Origin: Octopus vulgaris | Taxonomy: Eukaryota | Length of the DNA stretch: 64,000 nucleotides | Assembly (NCBI GenBank): GCA_951406725.2 | Contig: OX597839.1 | Location: 36,952,001 to 37,016,000, forward strand | Direction of reading: 5' to 3' | Shown: positions 50,510-62,400 of the stretch, piece after piece | How positions within the stretch are numbered: the first letter of the stretch is position 1 | Layout: every line of letters begins with the position of its first letter | The notes under the pieces: model-generated | The model's database searches: none | The model's input: the letters and a program-made list of their open reading frames with translations, nothing else | What the model was told of the DNA's origin: nothing | Program-made: the position numbers and the translations under genes

Positions 50510-51129
50510 GAGGGAGAAAGATAGATGGATAGATAAATATGTATTATGTGTACTTCATTAGCTTTTTTACTGTCTTTCCCCACAACCCCACCACTGTCGG
50601 TCGTCTGCTTCCAATGAATTTATTCCGCATGGCTTGCATTGACTTACAGCTAGCTGAACAGTCTATCATCTGCAAGTCCATTCACATAGCGGAGAGTTCC
50701 GGAAATGAAAAACACATCGAGGCTGAAATAAGTAAAAAAAAAAAAAATAATAAAAAATAAACAAAAAAATTTTTTTTTTAAAAAAACAACAAAGATATAA
50801 AAAAAAATAAAATAAAAGCAATAAAAAAAAAACCTAGAAACCGAGGCTTGTTACGTATTCACTGTGCTATTTATTTTGGCAGGACTGTTAAATTCCGGAT
50901 GACTGTTTCAATTATTTTGAGAAAAGAAATTCTTTAGCCACCCCTGCCACACACCCCAAAATAAATAAATAAATAAATAAATAAGATAGATTTGGCTGGA
51001 ATATAAAATTGATTTATGACTTTTAGATGTAATTTTTCTCTCGCACAGTAAGTTCTGGTTTTGTCATTGTTGGGGGATCTTCTGGTGGTTCTAGCGGCGC
51101 TTGATGCTCTTGCTCTAGGTTGCCATCAC

Positions 51130-51635
51130 TGTTATCATCATCATCATCATCATCATTATCATGAGGATCATCATCATTGTTGTCCTCCTCCTCCTCCTTA
51201 TCATCACTTCTATTTATCATTGTTATTCAACATCATAATCATCATCATCATCATTAGGATCATCATCATTGTTGTCCTCCTCCTCCTTATCATCACTTCT
51301 ATTTATCATTGTTATTCAACATCATAATCATCATCATCATCATCATCATCATTAGGATCATCATCATTGTTGTCCTCCTCCTCCTTATCATCACTTCTAT
51401 TTATCATTGTTATTCAACATCATAATCATCATCATTATCATGATGAGGATCATCATCATTGTTGTCCTCCTCCTCCTAATCATCACTTCTATTTATCATT
51501 GTTATTCAACATCATAATCATCATCATCATCATCATTATCATGATGAGGATCATCATTGTTGTCCTCCTCCTCCTCCTCCTCCTTATCATCACTGCTATT
51601 TATCATTGTTATTCAACATCATCATCATTATCATC
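51130..51635. repeat. higher-order minisatellite of (CAT)n/(CCT)n blocks, ~4 units of ~85-125 bp
   Basis: ggatcatcatcattgttgtcctcctcctccttatcatcacttctatttatcattgttattcaacatc repeated. Confidence 0.85.
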
Positions 51636-52269
51636 ATTACCAACACACGTTTCATAATTGTTGCCATGGTTACCATCTTCCCTACAACCATCACCACTGT
51701 CATCATAGTCATCATGTTCCTTGTCATCGCTGTCATTGCTGTCATCATTATGCATCACACCATCATTATCAGCAACAACATCAATATTGTCGCTGTTGTT
51801 ACTACAATCATCATCATCATCATCATCACTGTTGTTGCTGTTGTTGGAGACTGTCATGACAAATTCGGTGGAGCATCAGACAAAATCTCTTGCAGCTTTT
51901 GGTTACATTCCTTCCCACCCAAAGATTGAACCCTCTATTGATACGTATTCTTTTCCCCATACTTCTGGAGGTGGGAGGTCTATGAAATGAATACCAGTTA
52001 AATACTGAGGTTGACCTCATTACTATTTTATTATTGTCATGCCATTAAGGCCGCGAGCTGGCAGAATCGTTAGCATGCCAGGTAAAACGCTTTGTGGTAT
52101 TTCGTCTGCCGCTGCATTCTGAGTTCAAATTCCGCCAAGGTCGACTTTGCCTTTCATCCTTTCAGCGTTGATAAATGAAGTACCAGTTGTATACTGGGGG
52201 TCGATCTAATCGACTGGCCCCTTCCCCAAAAATTTTGGACCTTGTGCCTAGAGTAGAAAAGATTATAGT

Positions 52270-53330
52270 CATGCCATTGCTAAAACTCTTGAGAGACATT
52301 TTATTTGAGTTGGGAAACAAGAGAGCTGTGTCAGCATATTCAGATGATATCATTGCAATGGTGCTGAATACCATGGAAGTCAATGAAGTTGTTATAATTC
52401 TATGCTGTTGAACAACATTGCAGGTCACTCAACAAATGGATTGGTTAAACTGCTTGGTGTTGAGTTTGGTTTGGACTTCCAGGTGGACAAGAACTGGGAC
52501 AAAGTTATGGGCCAGCTTCAACAAGAAATCGGTTGAAAAGAAGCAATCAGTGAAAGATTGAACTAAAGTGGCAAATATCTACAATTCCTCTGTCATAATT
52601 TACTTTCTGACTGACATGCTTTTCTCCAACCACTGTCTAACCAAACTGGGTTACCTACTCTTCTGCCTTTTACAGAAGGTGTGTGTTTCACTGGTCATGT
52701 GGTCTGCTGTAGTCACTCTACTCTGGAAAGTGGACTTGGAATGCTGTATTGAAATGTATCAAACAATTATGTGTAGGAAGGATCCAGCTATTGGCCAACT
52801 CCATCATAAAGATTGTCTCACCATCTTCCTTTAATAAGGCTTGGTAGACATTTCCCACTGAGTTTGTTGGCTATGGTAGAACAGGTTCTGTAGAGGACAA
52901 GGCTAAAAGGACTGAGAACAGACACCTTTGTCTTTGATCAAACCCTCATTGACTTTTTAAAGTTCCACTTGGAAAGGAAAATAAGGGTGGAAAGGAAAGT
53001 GCTATCCTTCAGTGAATTTGTCAATAGGCAGGTGACTGTGGTGAAAATGGTTAGGGTGGTGAATGGAAATACTCTAACCATGCACATGTGGAGTGGAGAA
53101 CAACAGTTAGGTGATGGTTCACGCCTTTGGTGGTCAGGTGATCCTGGATTTTGGGATTCCTTGACTATCCCTTGCTGGAAGCTCTCCTGCATCATCCATG
53201 TATTGACATATTTTGTATATTATGTGTATTTTTCATCTCATTTCTCTTCACCTTTTTTTCCTTCAGTGATTCTATACAAGCCTGTATTTGTAATGTCACC
53301 AGCATCTGATGACCCACATGGCAAATAAAA
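52270..53330 (+). mobile_element. degenerate L1/Tx1-clade LINE (RT to C-terminus)
   Basis: AVSAYSDDII (YADD-type motif), VKLLGV..KNWDKV, RKIRVERKVLS; many stops. Confidence 0.7.
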
Positions 53331-54191
53331 TAAATAATAATAACAATAATAATAATAATAATCATCCTCATCATCATTATTATTCTTTGTTGGCTTGGCT
53401 TGTGGATGACTGCATTTTTCCAAAGACTTTTCAGAAGTTGGATGATATTTTTATGTGCATAATCCATTTACAATCTAGTGAGTTTTAATTAATTATCTCC
53501 CCATTTTTCAGGGAAAAATTAAATTCTTTTGAGCGTTTCATTTCCTTTTGCTTCAAACTTGGCATTTTTAGAAATTGGGGTAATATTTCCTTTGCCATGC
53601 TTTGCTACGTAACCCCATTTTATGAGGCAAGTATTTTTCATTCAATTGTTTATCACAGAGAAAGAAAAAGAAAAACTTTATCAGAACATTTTGGAACTTC
53701 TTAGATTTATTATTATTAGTATTATTTTTTTATATTTTTGGGGGGATTTGATTTGTTTCACAATGGCATCAAGTCAACTGAGTAATGTCTAGCAAGAAGA
53801 GAGAGAGAGAAAGAAAGGAATATTTCTTCAAATACAAAGAAAGAAAGAAAGAAATGAGTTTGCTTTGCAGTGGATTGTATGCATTTCAGAAATGGAAAAT
53901 TGTAATGGTCTTTTCAGTGGTAATGATGATGACAACAACAACAACAAGAAAAAGAACAGGTAAAAAAACCCATCACCACCAATGTCAACAACATTAACTA
54001 CCAGCAACACCACTGCCACCATCAACAACAACAACAACAATCACCATTACTATTACAACTACCAACAACAGTATTACTACTACAACCACCATTACTAACA
54101 CCAACAACAACCACCATCACCACCACCACCACCAACAACAACAGCAACAGTAACCACTACCACCACCACCACCATGAACAACAACAATAAC

Positions 54192-54421
54192 CTATTTCTT
54201 TATTACCCACAAGGGGCTAAACACAGAGGGGACAAACAAGGACAGACATAGGTATTAAGTCGATTACATCGACCCCAGTGCGTAACTGGTACTTAATTTA
54301 TCGACCCCGAAAGGATGAAAGGCAAAGTCGACCTCGGCGGAATTTGAACTCACAACGTAACGCAGATGAAATACCGCAAAGCATTTCGCCCGGCCTGCTA
54401 ACGTTTCTGCCAGCTCGCCGC
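54192..54421 (-). mobile_element. SINE family A
   Basis: Young-looking copy ending ggcggcgagctggc on the minus strand. Confidence 0.88.
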
Positions 54422-55008
54422 CTGTGTCAGATTGTAAATGGATTATGCACATAAAAATATCATCCAACTTCTGAAAAATCCTTGGAAAAATGCAGTCATC
54501 CACAAGCCAAGCCAACAAAGAATAATAATGATGATGAGGATGATACTTATTATTATTATTATTATTATAACAACACTAACCACTACAACACTGACATTCG
54601 CACAGACACACTGTCTGCCAAGTGAGAAATGCACAACTGGAGTCAGTTCTCTCTTCTGTAAGAACTGGCATTTTCGTCAAAATTGCTGCAGACATTTAAT
54701 AAGGCACAGACCAAGCCTGACCAATGGCAGTGTAGGAATATCCAAAAGAATTCCATCTCTTTGCTCAAAGAATTTACTCAGAAGAAGATGTGGAGAAGAT
54801 TTAACTACATATGCTTAAACTGGGCAAGTGAAAAGCACCCAAGTGACAAAACACAATATGTTTGAAAGGGGTTGTTACAAGGAGTTGTAGGTCTTTGTGA
54901 CCCCTTGGGGCCATCAGGCTATTCCACAGATGTGTCTTGTTATTGGCACTTGTTATTGAACTTGTTAAGGTAAAAGTCACTTCAGTGCTTTCTGCCCTAA
55001 AGAGCTTG

Positions 55009-55046
<38 letters not shown>

Positions 55047-55301
55047 ACATGCACACACACACACATTGAAACATACACATGCACATACATGTTTAGAACA
55101 TAGCAACAGGAGCATTGAGAAATATTTAGATAAGTCTTCTATAGGCACTTAGGGTAAGTCCCAGTGTTTCTTCTTGAAGAACGACTGTTTAGTCCATTAT
55201 TACAACCCAGTAAGTAGTCTCAGTTGCTGCTGTATGATAGTCAAAATACATTTTAAAATTGAGAATTAAGGAAATATTATTTGCAGAGTTATTGTATCGT
55301 A

Positions 55302-55718
55302 GGTGCAGGAGTGGTTGTGTGTTAAGTAGCTTGTTTACCAACCACATTGTTCCGGGTTCAGTCCCACTGCGTCGCACCTTGGGCAAGTGTCTTCTACTAA
55401 GCCTCGGGCCGACCAAAGCCTTGTGAGTGGATTTGGTAGACAGAAACTGAAAGAAGCCTGTCGTATATATGTATATATATGCGTGTGTGTGTGTTTGTGT
55501 GTCTGTGTTTGTTCCCCTAGCATTGCTTGACAACCGATGCTGGTGTGTTTATGTCCCCGTTACTTAGCGGTTCGGCAAAAGAGACTGATAGAATAAGTAC
55601 TGGGCTTACAAAAGAATAAGTCCCGGGATCGAGCTGCTCGATTAAAGGTGGTGCTCCAGCATGGCCGCAGTCAAATGACTGAAACAAGTAGAAGAGTAAA
55701 AGAGAAAGAGTAAAGAGT
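55302..55718 (+). mobile_element. full-length family B CORE-type SINE
   Basis: As 18305-18711. Confidence 0.88.
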
Positions 55719-56204
55719 ATGACAAAACAGGAAATAGGACATTTTTTGGTATTGTTTACTCACCATTACACGTGTTTCACAAAAAGTTTTCTGCATTTGA
55801 TGTATTTCGAATGCCAAGCAAACCATAAATTTTTGCTCATAAGACAAGGTGAAAAACTCTCTTGACCGAAAATTAAGGCAGAAAGCCAGCAGTGGGTCAC
55901 AAACTATATATCTGCTGTAATCAAGATAGTCCTGCAACCATTACACCAAAGTGGTTCTTCAGCTTTCATCCATTCAAATTAAACATGTTCATCTGGCAAA
56001 CATCTATTGTCGATGGATGGATGGATGGAAGTTGGAAAGTTACTTTAGTGTAATGCTATCAAGATTGTTTGAGGGTTCAAGTTTCACAAACTACTTCCCA
56101 CCTTTTTTCTAGCCAAGGGGCATATTTACAGCTTGACTGGAAAGAAAAATACATTGGAAAAGACACGAACATATATCTCGACATATGTGCACACACACAC
56201 ACAA

Positions 56205-56280
<76 letters not shown>

Positions 56281-56946
56281 ACACACACAGACACACACAC
56301 ATCTACATACATACCAACATATACTGAGTAACTGTATAAACATCGTAAGAAGAGCTGAATTATTAACACATCGTTTAAATTCCAATACATTTTTATAATG
56401 CAATAAATATTGATGGAGAGAGCTTGCATATGTATGTATAGCAACAGTTGAAATGATACAGAAAGCAGCACATTTAGATTTAGAACAGCAGACAGCAGAA
56501 AAGCGCGAATTTCACATATGCTTCATATATTAATTGTTCATATTAAAATGTGAATTATATATGAAATTCATGCTTTACTGATTTTTAGTATTCTAAAGAT
56601 GTGTAGGTGTGTGTGTGTGCGTGCATGAATGTGCATGTGTGCGAGTGCATATGTACATATACATACATACACACATCATCATCAACATCATTTAACATCC
56701 ACTTTTCCATCTTTTGCCAGGGTCAGGTAGAATTTATTGAGGCAGATTTTCTATGATGGAAAATCAAACAATGCTTCTTTGTATGAAGATGATGCTCATT
56801 CACAACTATAATGTGATGTCAAGACAAGGGTCCATAGAAACACAAACACATAGCCATGCATATATATACATATATACATATATATATATAATAATATAAA
56901 TAATATATGAATATATGCATATATACATACATATATGTACATACCT

Positions 56947-57348
56947 GGAGTGGCTGTGTGGTAAGTAGCTTGCTAACCAACCACATGGTTCCGGGTTCAG
57001 TCCCACTGTGTGGCACCTTGGGCAAGTGTCTTCTGCTATAGCCCCGGGCCGGCCAATGCCTTGTGAGTGGATTTGGTAGACGGAAACTGAAAGAAGCCCG
57101 TCGTATATATGTATATATATATATATGTGTGTGTGTTTGTGTGTCTGTGTTTGTCCCCCTAGCATTGCTTGACAACCGATGCTGGTGTGTTTACGTCCCC
57201 GTCAATTAGCAGTTCGGCAAAAGAGACCGATAGAATAAGTACTGGGCTTACAAAGAATAAGTACCGGGGTCGATTTGCTCAAATAAAGGCGGTGCTCCAC
57301 CATGGCTGCAGTCAAATGACTGAAACAAGTAAAAGAGAGTAAAAGAGT
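56947..57348 (+). mobile_element. family B CORE-type SINE
   Basis: As 18305-18711. Confidence 0.88.
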
Positions 57349-57581
57349 ATACCTACATATATATGTATATATACATGGATATATGGGTACAGGACATCAA
57401 AGGAACGTTGAACACAATGAGAAACGAAAACATAAAAACAAAAACGTAGAAACAAACTTTTTTTCAAACAATGAAAAAACATAGAAACGAGACATACAAC
57501 ATAAAGAATATTCCCCTTCTTCGGTTGTCCCTGTTTCATCTACCCTGCGTTTCGAAGGTAATGACAAATATATATATATAT

Positions 57582-57709
57582 ATATGAATAAAAAATGGAG
57601 TTAACGCATGTTTAAACGAGTATTTTTACTTTCTACATATGTTTCGAAACATATGTAGAAAGTAAAAATACTTGTTTAAACCTGCGTTAACTCCATTTTT
57701 TATTCATAT
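57582..57709. repeat. 128-bp spacerless palindrome (2 mismatches)
   Basis: Centre gtttc|gaaac at 57645/57646. Confidence 0.92.
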
Positions 57710-57853
57710 TATTCAAAATATTCAACGTAAACACGAAGTTTCAACCTTTATAAACAAGGAGTTACAACATCTTTACTTGTGAGATTTTTGCTGCCCTGGT
57801 AACTATTTATTTATTTTTCCGTGTTAATTGTTAACAAGGTAAAAATACACTCA

Positions 57854-57903
<50 letters not shown>

Positions 57904-58719
57904 TCTTCTTTTTATTTCCATCTACTAAATCCACTGAAAGACTTTGGTCAGCCAGGGGCTATAGCAGAACATACTTACTTATCCAAGGAGCTACACAATG
58001 GGATTGAACCTAAGACCATATGGCCAAGAAGCAAGCATTTTAACAACACAATTAGCAATCCTGTTAGTGTATCATATTGACTGATTTTGCATCATCGTTC
58101 TGACTCCCCATATTTTGAGTTGAAATGCCACTGAGGTCAACTAAGTCTTGCATTGTTTTGGAGTTGATGAATTAAGTATCAGTGCTGTAGTGGTGTTGAT
58201 CCTTGTCTTGATCTCACTCTTTTTTGCTCTCTTCTGGAAGAAGTAGATTAGGATCAGACCTGGAGAAAGCTGGGCTCCACTAAGACTAATAATGCCCAAC
58301 ACATGACATATATCACAGCAGTACCCTTTTGACTCAATCAAGTTGAGATCCCATGGCAAGGCCAAGGCTGGTTTCATCTTAAACTCATGAAAGATGTTTT
58401 GATATTTGTTCATGAGTTGCCAGTGAATATTAAACTAATTAATAAATGATTAAATGAAGACAGTGGAAACATGGTTTCATTGCATTATTTAATTAGAATA
58501 GAAATTTAATTTGTTCCAGAGAAAACAGAAGAAAGAAAAAAAATTATTTATAGTACCTAATTTAAAGTAAAAGTGAGGTAGACGCTCACTAGGGTAACTG
58601 GTTATGTGGTCGGCTAGCAAACAATAGTTACATGGCTCAAGTTTCATCAGTGAGGAAGATTTTTTTTTCCCCTCTGTTTCAACTTTTGGTGACAACAAAA
58701 TATCTAATTTCCTTATAAG

Positions 58720-59428
58720 TTTTTGAGCAACAATAGACAGATATGGTCTAAAGATGGCAATTGTGACATATCCAACAAGCCTCACTCTGAAAGACAACCC
58801 ACTATGAATGAGACCATTGTATCAGATTCACATCAATGCACCAGAAGTTTGGTACAAAAATTTAATGTGTCACGTTCAACTATGCACAATCATCTCAAGC
58901 AGATTGGGAAAACATGCAAAAAAGGAATTTGGGTTCCACATGAGCTTACTCTTGTGAACCAAACACAACATTCCACCATCTGCAGCAGTCTTCTAACCGG
59001 GAATAACAGCCTGTCATTTCTTCAGTGTATTGTTACAGGTGATGAAAAATGGGTTTTGCATCACAAGAGAACATGAAAAAGGCAACGGTTATTATGTAAT
59101 GAGAGGTCAGTGCCAACACCAAAACCAGAATTCCATCCACAAAAATCCTTGCTCTGTGTTTGGTGGCACAAGAAAGGTATCATCCATTATGAGCTAGTGG
59201 AACATGGAAGGACCAGCAATACAAATGACTATTGCTAACAACTTAATTGTATAAATCAAAAATTGCATTGAAAGTAGCCATCTTTGGTGAACAGAAAAGG
59301 TGTCATTCTCCAGTATGACAATGCACAGCCACACTCTTCAAAATAAACCCAAGAACAATAAGATTGTTAGGATGGGAAGTTTTCCCACATCCTCCATACT
59401 CATCTGACTTGGTACTGTTCAGCTACTG
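58720..59428 (+). pseudogene. mariner (DD34D) transposase pseudogene
   Basis: WVPHEL, IVTGDEKW, LLCVWW..GIIHYEL, QYDNAQPH, HPPYSSDL; several stops and a frameshift; no TIRs seen. Confidence 0.92.
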
Positions 59429-59871
59429 TATGATGGAGTCCGTCACATACAAGGCAGAGGTAACAGCCATAGGACCAAATGGGCAATCAAACGTGTGAAA
59501 GTTTGTGGGAGCAACTGAAGGCCCCCTTCAGAACCTGCTATAACAACCACAGGTCCTCCTTCAACATCCCGCAGAGACATAATGCCACAACCCGGGCCAA
59601 GTACATTTGGTCTTTGAAAGAAAGTGCCACCAAGTACAGCATAAAGTGAAAGAAAAGTGTAAATCATACTTCAATAGTAGCAGGAAATGCAGTTTATGCC
59701 TGGCTGAGAAAAGAGCAGTTTTAAAGAGCACCCAACACCCAGGCATTTACCTGAATAGCAGAAGTGAAATTTGTTATCCTTGCTAACATGAAAGGAAGTA
59801 CATCCTGTCATATTTGCATGACCAATCATGACTATAATCACCAGACCCCCAACTTCAACCCTCCACCAATA

Positions 59872-60104
59872 CCTATTTCTTTATTACCCACATGGGGCTA
59901 AACATAGAGGGGACAAACAAGGACAGACATAGGTATTAAGTCAATTACATCGACCCCAGTGCGAAGCTGGTACTTATTTAATCGACCCCGAAAGGATGAA
60001 AGGCAAAGTCGACCTCGGCGGAATTTGAACTTAGAACGTTGCGACAGACGAAATACCACTAAGCATTTTGCCTGGCTCGCTAACGTTTCTGCCAGCTCGC
60101 CGCC
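59872..60104 (-). mobile_element. SINE family A
   Basis: Matches 54192-54421. Confidence 0.85.
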
Positions 60105-60679
60105 TTTACCCTGGAGTTCGGCAAAGAGTTTGACCAAAGCATACACTAATGCACCCACAAACAAACATGCATGCCCCAATGCAGCAGACACTCTCCCAAT
60201 AGACTGTTTTCCACCCCCACCCCCCAATATAAACGCCCACAGACATTGTATTCCTACACACACTGCATGCACACGTAAAGGCCTCATGAACTTAACTAAT
60301 ACATAAAAGAAAGAAAACACTAACAAGCACAGATGTGTATGCCCACATCCCCTGCAAAGGATATACATTTAAGTACCACTACACAAATTCCGTTTCCACA
60401 AGAACACAAACTTTAAGGACACACACATTTCCCACAAGCACTTCCAGAAAATTCTTACCAACTTGCAACGTAACTACCCCAAGTGCGATGTTTTGGCACC
60501 AAGGGACATAACTCTCAACTTAATCCCCTACATGTTTTGTCTCATCATCTTTTTCACAGCAACTACAAACTAGATGTGCCAATTCACCTCCAACACTAGA
60601 GAGCAGTTGCCATATTTCATTCCATATTGGCAACCTCTGACGAGTGCAGGGTTACATAATCAGATTGTTACCTAACACT

Positions 60680-61080
60680 CTGTTGAATCCCTAGTGTGAA
60701 ACCAATTGATAAGATTGGCCATAATGGATATATGATATTATACACTTCAGATAATATATATACAAAAATGATAGATATATAACTATAGTACAGTATTTTA
60801 GTGATGGGTTGCCAACAACAAAACTGGTTTGACCCAAACAATATGGTTTGTAAAATATTTCTAAGCCAATACTGTCCAGTTGTTTTGAATGAATCCATTT
60901 GCATCTGCTTCCATCTGATTACATCCAGTTGTGTTCAGTTATATCTGATTACATCTCTCCCCTACCATATTCACTGTCAATAATTACAGCTTAACAACAA
61001 AGATATCAAAATTCTGTTTGTCCAGGCAATATGAATAACTGTCCAAAATGATGACGAGCGACAAAATCAATTGGTTTATT
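60680..61080 (-). mobile_element. highly decayed Penelope-like RT fragment
   Basis: VIILDSYSY (cf. VVMDxxDY) and YILSEVYNIIYPLWPILS (cf. YGLPKxHKxxxPLRPIVS). Confidence 0.4.
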
Positions 61081-61483
61081 TCAGCGATGAGAGAAGGTAA
61101 TTGAAGCCAAGACAACTTAAGCTGGCATTTTAATTAATATGATAAAATATTTTTATAAGTTGGACAGAATGTGTGTGTAGTAGTTTTGGTGGTTAGACAG
61201 GGTACTCAGACCAGAGGACCATATTGTGGTGGAATAGAGGGGTTAATGTTTGGGAACTATATACACATAGGTAGTTTCTGTACATGTGGTAGGCACACAC
61301 ATACTCACATGCACTCACATGCACATATATGCAGTGTAAAATAGTCTAAGTACAATGAGCAATAAACAGGCCAATATAGGAAGAACAGTATGACAATTAA
61401 GGCATTAGTTAAACACTTTAATGAAAAGAGAATGTGTCTTAATGTTTTGAACATCAGTCCTTCATCAGAAAACATGAAAGATA

Positions 61484-61868
61484 TAGGAGCACTCTGTCGG
61501 TTGCGACGATGAGGGTCCCAGCTGATACGATCAACGGAACAGCCTGCTCGTGATATTAACGTGCAAGTGGCTGAGCACTCCACAGACACGTGTACCCTTA
61601 ACGTAGTTCTTGAAGAGATTCAGCGTGACACACAGAATGTGACAAGGCTGGCCCTTTGAAATACAGGTACAACAGAAATAGGAAGAAAGAGTGAGAGAAA
61701 GTTGTGGTGAAAGAGTACAGCACGGTTCACCACCACCCCCTGCCGGAGCCTTGTGGAGCTTTTAGGTGTTTTCGCTCAATAAACACTCACAATGCCCGGT
61801 CTGGGAATCGAAACCGCGATCCTCCGACCGCGAGTCCGCTGCCTTAACCACTGGGCCATTGCGCCTCC
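61484..61868 (-). mobile_element. full-length tRNA-derived SINE (family D) with 13-bp TSD
   Basis: Head GGAGGCGCAATGGCCCAGTGGTTAAGGCAGCGGACTCGCGG...GGTTTCGATTCCC; TSD aacatgaaagata at 61471-61483 and 61869-61881. Confidence 0.9.
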
Positions 61869-62362
61869 AACATGAAAGATAGAGAGAATAAGAAAGAGAA
61901 ATAATCAGTGAAAATAACTGGTGGAAAGTTGGAAACCAGATGAAAACTTTGTTTCAGAGTGAGGAGTTAAAAAGGGGGATGGTGTGAGTGCATAGATACA
62001 TGTATAAGAGTGTATCTGTGTCTGGAAGCAAACACAGAGGGAGCAGTATGTGTGTTTTGGTGTAGTGTATATATGTGTAGAGAGGTCTGCAAGTGTGGAA
62101 GTGTAGTGGCATTGATTAGTGGGAGTGTGGGGGGGGTGTATATAATTGTTAGGTGGGTGGTCTGAAAATGTGTAAGTGGGTGAGAGAATGGTGCAAGTGT
62201 AAAACTATAAAAGCATTTAAGATGGCAAGAGCAATGTGTAAGGTGTTTGTGATGTGTGTGTATAAGTGTATAACAAAAGTATATAGGGATGGCACAACTT
62301 TTTTTAACAAAGAAGGAAGGTTTTAACTAAAAATTGTGTGTGTGTATGTGTACATGCATGCA

Positions 62363-62400
<38 letters not shown>

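Noticed and set aside
51023-51220. Acidic ORF MINRSDDKEEEEDNNDDD...
   Set aside because: Mostly the translation of the (CAT)/(CCT) minisatellite; no splice support or recognisable domain.
59443-59667. GC-richer minus-strand ORF after the mariner relic
   Set aside because: No recognisable motif or clear donor site; cannot be supported without a search.
61795-61868. tRNA-like sequence with A and B boxes
   Set aside because: It is the head of a TSD-bounded SINE, without a proper acceptor stem or terminator.
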